From positions 1 to 42,358 of the forward strand of contig DASVQO010000045.1 of NCBI GenBank assembly GCA_036389075.1: a stretch of DNA of 42,358 nucleotides, given 5' to 3'. A model generated the notes under the pieces. It searched no databases and was not told the origin of the DNA. It worked only from the letters and a program-made list of their open reading frames with translations. Made by a program: the position numbers and the translations under genes. This DNA is from Chloroflexia bacterium. Lineage in GTDB: Bacteria > Chloroflexota > Chloroflexia > QHBQ01 > JADMIH01. Shown piece by piece: positions 32,875 through 41,782 of the stretch. Each line of letters begins with the position of its first letter. Position 1 is the stretch's first letter.

Positions 32875-34353
32875 TTATCTTGACCCTACCTGAGACTGCG
32901 ACATGTAGACTATCTTCGCCGTCTGGCCGCGTGTGATGCTCACGGCGGGTCTGAAGTAGGGCAAATTCTGGGGCCCCACGCACGGTTCCTCCGCCCGGCT
33001 GCCGCACGCGTAGCCACTGATGATCCCACGCTCGGACATGCGCGCTGTGTGCTCGAAGAAGGCGTGGTTCGCGGGCACGTCCTCGAAGTGCTGCTCGCCT
33101 ACCCCTTCGGTGAAGTTGAAGGCCAACCCTGCGATCTTGGAGAGTTGCCCCCGGCTGACTGGTAGCCCCGGCCTGAAGTACGGCAGGTTGTCCGGTGCCA
33201 TGCACGGCTCGTCGGGTAGCTGGCCGCAAGGGTAGCCGCCGATGTTGCTTCGGTCCGAGAGCCTAGAGATCGGCTCGTAGAAGTTGCTACCCTCCGCCAC
33301 GTCCTGGAACTTGCGGCCCTCTACCGGCTCCGTGTACCCGGCGGCCATGGCCACTATCTTGGCTGTTTGGCCCCGCGTGACGTCGCTGTAGGGCCCGAAG
33401 CAGGGCACGTGGTTCGCAGCGGGGCAGGGCGGGGACGAGTTGTATCCTGAGATGACGTTTTGCTCGCTGAGGCTCAGCACCGGCTCATAGAAGTAATCAC
33501 CGGGACACACGTCCCTGTAGCGCTCACCGGGGCACCTAGGTGGTTCGGGGGTGGGTGTGGTGCAGGCGGGCTGGGAGAAGGTGAGCTTCAGCCCGAAACT
33601 CAGGCTGTTCTGCGTGTAGCAGGAGAACTGGCTAGCCTGCTCGCTGTTGCGCTGCACTCCTACCGTGGTGGTCTCACCGCCGCCTTCCACCGTGCCGTAG
33701 AGAACCTCAAAATCAGATCTGTTTTCGAAGAACTTGATCTCGAAGTTGACGCGGCCGGCACAGGTGCCGAGGTCGTATATGCACGCTCGCCACTCGATAT
33801 TGAACACCCTGGTAGGAGCACTGCCAGTTACAGAGGTCAATATGCCAAGGTCGGCGCCTGCTGCGGTGCGCATGTCGAGATCGTCCCAGTGGGGGAAGAT
33901 TGTGTACTCGTAGGCACTGGTAGGCAAGCACTCATTAAGCATGAAGTCGGTGTCGTTCTGGAGGCTTAGGAAGCCGTTAGACGAGACGTAGGCCTGGGTG
34001 AAGGTGCGGTCGTAGAGGCGGAGGGGGAAGGGGAAATAGAGTAGGCGGTTGCAGTCATCACACTGAGAACCAGGTATCAGGGTGGTGGCTGGCTCCAGAG
34101 TGTCCGTGGACGCTGTTATGACGTAGTCACTCAACTCCCCGCACGCAGGACCAGTCCCCTGGGAGACAGGCTTTAGTGCCGGGGGCGTTCTGGGTGCGCC
34201 CTTGGCAGAGTCGTTATATAGAACTTTCGCGCTTACCATTCGCGGTTGGGTCTCTACTCCAGCGTTAGCAGGGAGTATCTGTAGCAGGCATAGCGTGAGT
34301 GCAGCAATCGCAGAGATATACGTGTAAGTGCGCTTGGCAGAGGTCCTGTGCAT
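32875..34353 (-). CDS. Secreted surface protein with three C-terminal Cys-containing SLH-like repeats
   Basis: Signal peptide (ISAIAALTLCLLQILPANAG). The N-terminal domain of about 270 aa is of unknown function. It is followed by three repeats of the same F.DV....F(Y/F)....(L/M)S....I.GY.C.....PC....(Y)FRP...(V/I)(T/S)RGQ..KI type seen at the end of the 18822-22562 protein. Confidence 0.8.
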   Translation of the reverse strand: MHRTSAKRTYTYISAIAALTLCLLQILPANAGVETQPRMVSAKVLYNDSAKGAPRTPPALKPVSQGTGPACGELSDYVITASTDTLEPATTLIPGSQCDDCNRLLYFPFPLRLYDRTFTQAYVSSNGFLSLQNDTDFMLNECLPTSAYEYTIFPHWDDLDMRTAAGADLGILTSVTGSAPTRVFNIEWRACIYDLGTCAGRVNFEIKFFENRSDFEVLYGTVEGGGETTTVGVQRNSEQASQFSCYTQNSLSFGLKLTFSQPACTTPTPEPPRCPGERYRDVCPGDYFYEPVLSLSEQNVISGYNSSPPCPAANHVPCFGPYSDVTRGQTAKIVAMAAGYTEPVEGRKFQDVAEGSNFYEPISRLSDRSNIGGYPCGQLPDEPCMAPDNLPYFRPGLPVSRGQLSKIAGLAFNFTEGVGEQHFEDVPANHAFFEHTARMSERGIISGYACGSRAEEPCVGPQNLPYFRPAVSITRGQTAKIVYMSQSQVGSR

Positions 34354-34540
34354 TACGAATTGGCGTTCATCTGTTGAGAACGGTGGTTCGCTACCGTTCG
34401 ACTAGTGCTGCAAGGCCGTCTCGAAAGGGCCTTTCGGAACCAAAACTAACTTCTGTGCGAAGGCATCTGGTATTGGTCATTGTATGGCGGTCTGCCCAGC
34501 ACCAAACTGAAGCAGAACCGAATCGGAGTAGCAACTGGTC

Positions 34541-35611
34541 CTAAACTTCTACCAACCACCGCTCTATGTTGTCGACGATCCTCTTGCCTGCTTTGCCGTC
34601 CCACAGTTCAGGAACGGATCCAATATTCTTCAACGGCTCTCGGCTTGCTATCACGATCTGTTCGTGCATCGGTGGCACTAGGCGGTTGGTGCCTTCAGTG
34701 ATAGTAATTGGGCGTTCCGTGTTGTGGCGAACTGTTACGCAAGGCACTCTCAACGCTGTAGTCTCTTCTTGTACACCACCGGAGTCAGTTATCACCACTC
34801 TCGCTTTGGCCAACAGGCCCAAGAACTCGATATATCCTAGCGGCTCAACGAGCCGCACTCCCAGCAAGTTATTCCAGAGCCCACCGGACTGGGCCAACGT
34901 ACGCGGATGGATGGGGAAAATGAGCGGTAACTCAGATCCAATTGTATTTAAGGCTTCCACCAGCTCCAGCGCAACGTGATGGTCATCGACGTTTGACGGC
35001 CTATGTAACGTTACAACCCCATAATTACTAGGTTGTAGATCATAGCTCCGCCATGGCTGCCTAGCTAGGGCCTTTGGTAGATGAGTATGTACCGAGTCAA
35101 TCATAGAATTGCCGACGAAATAGATCTTCTCGGAAGCAATACCTTCGCGGCGTAGGTTCTCTTTCCCGCTAGGTTCGGTAGTGAACAGCAACTCAGATAA
35201 GTGATCAGTCAACACCCTGTTCGTCTCTTCTGGCATCGACCGATCGTATGAGCGCAATCCTGCCTCGACATGCGCCACGTGAATGTTCAACTTCGCGGCT
35301 GCGAGGGCACACGCCAGGGTAGAGTTCACATCTCCTGCCACAACTACTAATCGGGGAGAATACTCTAGGCATATTGTCTCAAAAGACGTCAATATACGGG
35401 CCGTCTGTTGAGCGTGCGAGCCTGATCCGACTCCTAGGTAAACGTCAGGCTCGGGCATCTCTAGCTCATCGAAGAAGACGGCAGACATCTGCTTATCGTA
35501 GTGCTGGCCGGTATGAACGAAGACCTGTCTCATACCACGTCGTCTTGCTTCGAGTATAACCGGTGCCATCTTCATGAAGTTCGGGCGCGCCCCGACCACG
35601 GTACAGATCAT
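34541..35611 (-). CDS. wecB: UDP-N-acetylglucosamine 2-epimerase (non-hydrolysing)
   Basis: 356 aa. MICTVVGARPNFMKMAPV..., HTGQHYD, DVNSTLA, VAHVEAGLRSYD and ITDSGGVQEET are the canonical epimerase_2 motifs. There is a 4-nt overlap with the upstream glycosyltransferase. Confidence 0.9.
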   Translation of the reverse strand: MICTVVGARPNFMKMAPVILEARRRGMRQVFVHTGQHYDKQMSAVFFDELEMPEPDVYLGVGSGSHAQQTARILTSFETICLEYSPRLVVVAGDVNSTLACALAAAKLNIHVAHVEAGLRSYDRSMPEETNRVLTDHLSELLFTTEPSGKENLRREGIASEKIYFVGNSMIDSVHTHLPKALARQPWRSYDLQPSNYGVVTLHRPSNVDDHHVALELVEALNTIGSELPLIFPIHPRTLAQSGGLWNNLLGVRLVEPLGYIEFLGLLAKARVVITDSGGVQEETTALRVPCVTVRHNTERPITITEGTNRLVPPMHEQIVIASREPLKNIGSVPELWDGKAGKRIVDNIERWLVEV

Positions 35612-36861
35612 CTCTTTAGATTGCTTGTCAAGTACTCGCTGAACGCAGCAACTATCTTTGCACGGTCGAAACAGCTCTCTGCTGCACGCCGCCCATTTCG
35701 ACCCAGTTCATGTCGGAGGTGAGGATCCTTATGCAAAGTACACAGTGCACGGATGAGACCAGTAATATCCTCAGGTTCAACTACTATTCCGGCGTTGTGT
35801 TCAAGCACTATCTCTGCTGCCTCGCCAGCTGCGACCAATACAACTGGTCGCTCAGCTGCCATAGCCTCATAGAGTTTCGATGGCACAGCACCTGGAATAA
35901 AAGTCTTAAGCGGAACTAATACGATATCTGCTTCTGCAAGTTGCTTGGGCACTTCACTTACGGGTATCGGGTCTAGAAAGCTCACATTATGAAGTTCAAG
36001 CTCACGTGCTTTATTGAGAAGGGCCGCCTTCTCGGGACCGTCACCAATCAGTAAGAAACGGATCCTGATCTTATGCTGTAACTGCCTGGCCGCATCCAGT
36101 ACCTGGCTGAGACCCTGTGCCAGGCCGTGTAGCCCTGCATATAGGACGATGAGACCTCTGTCTGCAGCTAACTCTGCATGCACACCAAGATGCCGACCCG
36201 TCTGAAAACGAGTCGTATCAACACCGTTGGAGAGATGGTAAGTGCTCAATTCGGGGAAGCGTGCCTCGATACTTGCCAGGATGCTACGGGCCTGTCCAGT
36301 CACCAACCAAGCCTCGCGATAGCAGAAAGCCTCGAGTGCAGCACTCAACTTATATGCTATTCCTCCCCGACGAAGCACACCCAGGCGGACGGCACTCTCC
36401 GGCCAAAGATCAGATACGTTGAAAATCATACGGGCCTTTTTGAGCCTGCTCAACCAGAATCCACTCAATCCCAGGAACAAAGGTGGGCTCTCGACCATCA
36501 GGTAGTCCGATCTTGGTAGCAATACACTCCCTAACACAGCCGATGACAAGACGAAGGAGAAGTAATTTGCGAGACGATGCAGATAATCAGCCTTCTGTGA
36601 AGGATAAATGAACGTCCTAATCACCTGCACGCGGGCCCGCCGCTCTCGTCGCCATAGGCCACCATATTGAGCATGGATCTGCCCCGTCGGGTAGTTTGGC
36701 ATAGCGGTCAGAACGGTGACACGGAACCCAAGTGTGCTGAGACCTTGAGCAAGTTCTGATAGCCGATTCTGAGGTGCCCCAATTTCGGGCGGATAATATT
36801 GTGTCAGAATCGCCAAGTGGGGTTTGCGCCGCTTTGATTGGCGGTGACGTAGTCGAATCAT
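35608..36861 (-). CDS. Glycosyltransferase family 4, WbuB-like
   Basis: 417 aa. The N-terminus is LAILTQYYPPEIGAPQNRLSELAQGL..GFRVTVLTAMPNYPTG. The C-terminal part carries the GT-B EX7E-like region PSKLYEAMAAERPVVLVAAGEAAEIV. Confidence 0.8.
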   Translation of the reverse strand: MIRLRHRQSKRRKPHLAILTQYYPPEIGAPQNRLSELAQGLSTLGFRVTVLTAMPNYPTGQIHAQYGGLWRRERRARVQVIRTFIYPSQKADYLHRLANYFSFVLSSAVLGSVLLPRSDYLMVESPPLFLGLSGFWLSRLKKARMIFNVSDLWPESAVRLGVLRRGGIAYKLSAALEAFCYREAWLVTGQARSILASIEARFPELSTYHLSNGVDTTRFQTGRHLGVHAELAADRGLIVLYAGLHGLAQGLSQVLDAARQLQHKIRIRFLLIGDGPEKAALLNKARELELHNVSFLDPIPVSEVPKQLAEADIVLVPLKTFIPGAVPSKLYEAMAAERPVVLVAAGEAAEIVLEHNAGIVVEPEDITGLIRALCTLHKDPHLRHELGRNGRRAAESCFDRAKIVAAFSEYLTSNLKR

Positions 36862-37071
36862 GTCTGAGAAGCTGACAAGAGGACAACAAGCAAGCCGGCT
36901 TGCTTACGAGGCACGCCCTCACAACAGATGTTCATCACCATCTGTGCGTGATTCACGTTTCTATGGTGTCGTGAAGATAGTTTTGGATGATCACCGCGCT
37001 CAGATTACGCTTGACGAAGGCTTCTTCATTGCTGATGGCTATCGCAGTGAAGAGTCGGCAACTGGTCGTAC

Positions 37072-37902
37072 CTACAGCGAACCGCTTAAGAACTTACGCA
37101 AGAGCAGTCTTAGGAGTGCAGTTCCAGTCGGGTATGAATAGTAACAGTCTCTTGCGCCTGTACGCTGAATACGTTTTGCCTCACCAAGTTCGAGCTGTTG
37201 CAGAAATTCCTTCACATGGGGAAGACTATCGAGTACTGCTTTATGCCCTATGTAGCTGTGCCAGTGTTTACGCATATCAATGCCTTCTGCAGTACCTTGT
37301 ACATAAATATCGCCGGCATCTAGCTTCGCGTTCATCTTTAGCAAAGTGTATCCTAAACGTTCGTAATCTCGATTGAGTAGCGCCCAGAATGGCGAATATA
37401 CGCCTCTATATTCAGGAGTTATTCCTTCATGCCAGAGGAACGCACCGTGCTTCGGGGCGTTAATTATATTGCCGGGCAGATAGACATCTATGCACATACT
37501 AAAGATCACATCCAGGTTCGAAGATTGTATAGCTTCAAGTACTTCAGTTGACTTGATATCAGTTATATATAGCTGTCGTATTTCTGAAAGCGCTTTCCTG
37601 GGTACGCATTGTACAGAGTTGATAACCTGTTTTACGTTACTCGTTTCACCATTGATCAAGAAGCACCGGTAAAGGACATAGTAAAGAAATTCATTGAGAG
37701 TGCGTATCAAACCGTTCGACTTGATACGCTTTCGAAAGCGGGAAATCACGCGATTACGCCTGTTTTTTGCACCTCCGCCACTGTAGGACCAGGAAAGCTT
37801 ATTGGTCCACATGATAAGCTCAAGATCCGTATGCTGGCTTAACCAATCGCAAATCAACCTATCATAGGTGTTCTCTGTACCAATAAATGCTGATCTAAGC
37901 AT
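37072..37902 (-). CDS. Formyltransferase-fold protein (Fmt/ArnA N-domain-like)
   Basis: 276 aa, and the most AT-rich gene in the window. DVIFSMCIDVYLPGNIINAPKHGAFLWHEGITPEYRGVYSPFWALLN..ERLGYTLLKMNAKLDAGDIYVQ aligns by eye with the ..iN.H.SLLP.yRG..p...Ai..G....G.T...m....D.G.I core. The usual Asn before the His is not conserved. Confidence 0.55.
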   Translation of the reverse strand: MLRSAFIGTENTYDRLICDWLSQHTDLELIMWTNKLSWSYSGGGAKNRRNRVISRFRKRIKSNGLIRTLNEFLYYVLYRCFLINGETSNVKQVINSVQCVPRKALSEIRQLYITDIKSTEVLEAIQSSNLDVIFSMCIDVYLPGNIINAPKHGAFLWHEGITPEYRGVYSPFWALLNRDYERLGYTLLKMNAKLDAGDIYVQGTAEGIDMRKHWHSYIGHKAVLDSLPHVKEFLQQLELGEAKRIQRTGARDCYYSYPTGTALLRLLLRKFLSGSL

Positions 37903-37935
37903 TCCAGTAGCTACTTTTCCGCAAATGGGCGAGGA

Positions 37936-39375
37936 TCAAGGCAGTTCAGACCTTGGTACGTTACAAATTACCGCACGAAACTTACCGTTCGCTGTTCTCG
38001 GCACTTCCGATACTTCCTGAAGAAGGACCTCAACTTGGCCCATCCTTTCTTGTAGCCGCTCTGTAATTGACATTGCAGATTCAGCTGTGAAGCCCTGTGC
38101 TGGCACGTAGCGCACTACGATTCTACTTAGAGTCTCTTGAACAATTTGAGCCTCGCGAACGGGCAAGTTTGCTTTGAATATGGGGTCAAGACGCCCTATA
38201 CGGCGTCCGTCGAGTGTATATAGTACGTCATCAATCCGGCCTTCCACTTTAGCCATCTGGGGCAAAGTTCGCCCGCATGAACAGGTTACGTCACAGTCCA
38301 CCAGCGCGCCACGATCTCCAACTCGATATCGAATAAGAGGCATATCACTGTTAAGCAAACCAGTACAGATGAGGTCGCCGAGGCCACCGGGCTGTGTAGG
38401 CACACCATCTTCAAGAGTCTCTATCCACCCAACCTCTGGCCAATAGTGCAAAGCACCTGCTTCACATTCGCCGGCTGCCGCAACTGCCTCTGACATTCCG
38501 TACGTCTCACGTACAGGACAAGCGAACGCCTTGGAAATCGTTTCGCGTTGGTACTCGAATAAGGGCTCGGCATTGGTGACTACCACTTCTAGTTTCACTC
38601 TGCTATCGCACAGTTGCAAAGCTTCCTGAGCGAGAGCAAAGACTGACGACGAATAAGCCCAAATGTACCGGATGCGGTAGCGAATTAGTGCGTCGAGGTA
38701 GTGAGGGATGAGAGATGGTGAAAGGTGGTAGGAAGACATGTACAATTGGTTAAGCGCAGCGTTCCAGACCCAGAATGGTGGTACTATCTGACTCACTGGA
38801 GTGACCAGTTGCCCACCCAATATAGTCCATCGGTCATGTCTGGACACACCATACCACTGTCGCCAGCGTGCTTCAAAGAGAGCATACCACTCACGAACCA
38901 TCTTGCGGCTCCACCATAAGTCTAGAGACTTGCCCGTTGTACCGCTCGTGTGCTCATGGTACATGTGCTTTATATCGCAATCGTCTGCCACGAATGAGCG
39001 AGGCACCGTTCTTAAGGCTTCTTTTTCGAGAACGGGCCAATTCTCTAAGTACTCCCATGAAGCAAGGTCGCCCCTACGACGCCGTGCTTTCCACTGTTCA
39101 CGATAATATGGGACCTTGCTCGCAGCACGGTGTAGTACTCTCGCCAATCGTTCCTCACGCCAAGCCTTCCACGTCTCTGGACTCCAATGCTCCCGCTCGA
39201 TAGCAGCAGCCACTAGACTGTCCGTCGTTGGCCCGTATCGCCACGATCGCAGGTAAGCTCCTCGCATGGTAGCTGCAACCGAGCGCATATGTGTGGGCAT
39301 CCTGTGATAGAGCTTCAGCAGCACCTGGCTCACTCCAAGTGCTCCGCTATGACGCTTTTGAAAAGGGCTTCCCAC
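37936..39375 (-). CDS. Adenylate-forming enzyme, PaaK/CapK (coenzyme F390 synthetase-like) family
   Basis: Up to 479 aa. It has the HTSGTTGKSLDLWWS P-loop, TYGMSE and a C-terminal ..RTANGKFRAV. The tracked GTG at 39375 overlaps the upstream glycosyltransferase by 46 nt. In-frame ATGs at 39300 and 39288 would remove the overlap, so the start is uncertain. Confidence 0.7.
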   Translation of the reverse strand: MGSPFQKRHSGALGVSQVLLKLYHRMPTHMRSVAATMRGAYLRSWRYGPTTDSLVAAAIEREHWSPETWKAWREERLARVLHRAASKVPYYREQWKARRRRGDLASWEYLENWPVLEKEALRTVPRSFVADDCDIKHMYHEHTSGTTGKSLDLWWSRKMVREWYALFEARWRQWYGVSRHDRWTILGGQLVTPVSQIVPPFWVWNAALNQLYMSSYHLSPSLIPHYLDALIRYRIRYIWAYSSSVFALAQEALQLCDSRVKLEVVVTNAEPLFEYQRETISKAFACPVRETYGMSEAVAAAGECEAGALHYWPEVGWIETLEDGVPTQPGGLGDLICTGLLNSDMPLIRYRVGDRGALVDCDVTCSCGRTLPQMAKVEGRIDDVLYTLDGRRIGRLDPIFKANLPVREAQIVQETLSRIVVRYVPAQGFTAESAMSITERLQERMGQVEVLLQEVSEVPRTANGKFRAVICNVPRSELP

Positions 39376-40388
39376 ATAGGTAGGATGGTAGACCAGTCGA
39401 ATTGCTCTGCCTTCCTACGAGCGTTGCTGGACAACCGTTCTGCCAGTCCTGGCTCCGTCAGAATGCGATGGACCGCGACAGCCATTTCAGCTGGATCGTC
39501 TGGTGGTACCAGCAATGCATCTTGTTCATGCTTAAGCAAATAAGGAATACCACCCACATTGGTGCTCACCACGCATAGACCGCAGGCGATTGCCTCCATT
39601 ACACTAACAGGAGTGTTGTCTACATTAGTGGTATTCAAGAAGATATCGCCCTTGTTCAACCAAGTAGGTACGGCAACCTTCGACACGCCACCAGGAAATG
39701 CTATACGTCCTTTCATGCCCAGCGCAGTGGCGACCTGCTGTGTTTGTTGCAGACTAGCATCGCCCTTGTCGGGCCCCACCATGGTCAAATGCACATCCGG
39801 GTAATCTCTTGTTAGTAGGGCTACGACGTTCGGAGCCATGCAAGGATTATAGATCTTGTGGAAGGCACGCAGCCACACAAGCTTTGGCTCTGGTTTATCT
39901 CGAAGTCGAAAGGGGTAGGCACTGAGATCTAATGGATTAGGCAGTAGATATAAGTTCGTGCAATAGTCACGCATCTGCTCAAGCAGGTAAGTAGAAGGCG
40001 CAACGACAACACCACCCGAGGTCAACAACCGCCTAACGCGCCCCGGCCACCGACGCGCAAAGGCAGGCAAATTACCTCCTCTCAGTGAGAGTATGTAAGG
40101 CTTTCGCAGCCACCGTAATGTCGAGCATACAACCTCCACCCAGATAAATGCGGGACCACTATAAACATCCAGCTGCGCAACGCTATAGAGGTGTCTCTGC
40201 GCCAACGTTGTAGCAACCATGTCTAGCAGCCGTTGTAAGCGATCCGCCTTGTAGGACGTAGTGAGTACAGTCCACCCAGCTTGGCGCATTTTGAGGGCAA
40301 GCTCTTCACACACACTCCTGGAGCCGCCAACATCTGAGAGGAAGTTACCGACAAGTAGGACCGAAGGTTTCTTGGCAACACTTGACAT
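39330..40388 (-). CDS. Glycosyltransferase family 4 (GT-B)
   Basis: 352 aa. The N-terminus is SVLLVGNFLSDVGGSRSVCEELA. The C-terminal part reads NTPVSVMEAIACGLCVVSTNVGGIPYLLKHEQDALLVPPDD. Confidence 0.8.
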   Translation of the reverse strand: MSSVAKKPSVLLVGNFLSDVGGSRSVCEELALKMRQAGWTVLTTSYKADRLQRLLDMVATTLAQRHLYSVAQLDVYSGPAFIWVEVVCSTLRWLRKPYILSLRGGNLPAFARRWPGRVRRLLTSGGVVVAPSTYLLEQMRDYCTNLYLLPNPLDLSAYPFRLRDKPEPKLVWLRAFHKIYNPCMAPNVVALLTRDYPDVHLTMVGPDKGDASLQQTQQVATALGMKGRIAFPGGVSKVAVPTWLNKGDIFLNTTNVDNTPVSVMEAIACGLCVVSTNVGGIPYLLKHEQDALLVPPDDPAEMAVAVHRILTEPGLAERLSSNARRKAEQFDWSTILPMWEALFKSVIAEHLE

Positions 40389-40390
40389 AG

Positions 40391-41782
40391 TCAGACCAGC
40401 GCAGTGGCGAGGCCAGCACTAGTCTGTGCGTGGTTAACCCCATCATCTGCAGGCAAATACCCAAATGTCAGTCCAAATATCAGGGCAGGAGCAACTAGAC
40501 GCATAGCTGAATTAAGCATAAACAGCATCGTCCAAACTACCATTGCAGCTACGAAACCCTTTTGGGCTGTGCCTTGTGCCCGTCTATAATTCTGATAAGA
40601 CATAACCAGTAGCAGTAAGAAAGCAATTAAGCCAAAGAAACCATGTTCAGCAAGGAGACGCGTTACCTCGGTGTGGGCAGCGACCGGATCAAGGAAGAGA
40701 GCACGCGCCTCCTTTGCCATGCCCGGTCCAACCCCAAACAAGGGATTATGCATCCATACCTGTAGATCAGCTTCAGCTATCTCTTGCCTATGGGTTAGTC
40801 CAGTATCTTGGAAGCGGGTCAAAATCGCGCCACCGGTAAACTCCTGTAGGTTTGGCAGTATGAAATTATCAACCAAAAGGAAGAGTGCGACGAGTGAGAG
40901 TCCAACTCTGACCAGTGCTGCCCGGTCCCTGATGGAAAATAGGAGTAGCACTGCCGCCGCTGCGCCAGCGTTGTACAGTCCCGAGCGTGAGAACGTGAGT
41001 GCGCTAAGGGTGCCGAACACTAGCACTGCAGCGAACATAAGAGCCTGCAGGAACCGGCTTACTTTACCCTGCCTTATAAACACGAACGCAAGAAGAGCAC
41101 CCAAACCAAGCGCGTTAGATACCTGGTTTGGGCCGAAACCCCCACTTGTCACGAAGTTGGATTCGTCCGACCAACGGATACTTACGGCAGTAAAGGTACT
41201 ATACAGAGCTATTGTGGCTATGCCCACAATGGGCCCAATTGCCACAAGGAACAGCCGTTGTAACTGCTCTGTAGATAGCCGCACTTGTGAGAAGAACCAC
41301 GCGCATACCATCAACGCCAGCGGTCCTGAGAGGTTAAAGCTCACCTGATCTCTGGCATCGTCAAGTCCAAGCTCTGAAAGAGTAAGGATGCCTGAAGGAA
41401 GCATGACTAGGAAATACACAAGGGGTAGTTTCGTACCTTTCAACCCGTGGAGGCGCACTATCCCTATCGCAAACGTTGCGATTGTAGCATACTTGCCAAA
41501 CTCCCAGATGACGCCGGCATCGACCATGCGCCATAATACTTCCGCGCCGGTTATATACGCGCCCACAAGAGCAACCTTGACGACGTCACGCCCTAATAAC
41601 GCGTACCACAAGCCAGCCCCGAGGGTTAAAAGGGCATGAAGAGTACCTACCTCCCGCACCTGGTTCATCAGCAATGCGAGAGGCACATGTGCCGAGAAGA
41701 ACACAAGCAAGCCAATGCTGCTACTGTGGGACAGATCACGTGCGGAGTGCCGTGAATATGCGTTGCTGCCGACAATGTTCAC
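40391..41782 (-). CDS. O-antigen ligase / polymerase-like (Wzy_C-type) polytopic membrane protein
   Basis: 463 aa with about 11-12 hydrophobic segments. TFSRSGLYNAGAAAAVLLLF resembles the Wzy_C core. It is tightly packed between two glycosyltransferase genes, with a 2-nt gap on one side and a 4-nt overlap on the other. Confidence 0.65.
   Translation of the reverse strand: MNIVGSNAYSRHSARDLSHSSSIGLLVFFSAHVPLALLMNQVREVGTLHALLTLGAGLWYALLGRDVVKVALVGAYITGAEVLWRMVDAGVIWEFGKYATIATFAIGIVRLHGLKGTKLPLVYFLVMLPSGILTLSELGLDDARDQVSFNLSGPLALMVCAWFFSQVRLSTEQLQRLFLVAIGPIVGIATIALYSTFTAVSIRWSDESNFVTSGGFGPNQVSNALGLGALLAFVFIRQGKVSRFLQALMFAAVLVFGTLSALTFSRSGLYNAGAAAAVLLLFSIRDRAALVRVGLSLVALFLLVDNFILPNLQEFTGGAILTRFQDTGLTHRQEIAEADLQVWMHNPLFGVGPGMAKEARALFLDPVAAHTEVTRLLAEHGFFGLIAFLLLLVMSYQNYRRAQGTAQKGFVAAMVVWTMLFMLNSAMRLVAPALIFGLTFGYLPADDGVNHAQTSAGLATALV

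Noticed and set aside
36860-37376. Plus-strand ORFs 36860-37141 and 36987-37376 in or around the 210-bp gap of the glycan cluster.
   Set aside because: They run antisense into the formyltransferase-like CDS, lack RBS and motifs, and all surrounding genes are on the minus strand. The gap is more likely an internal promoter region.
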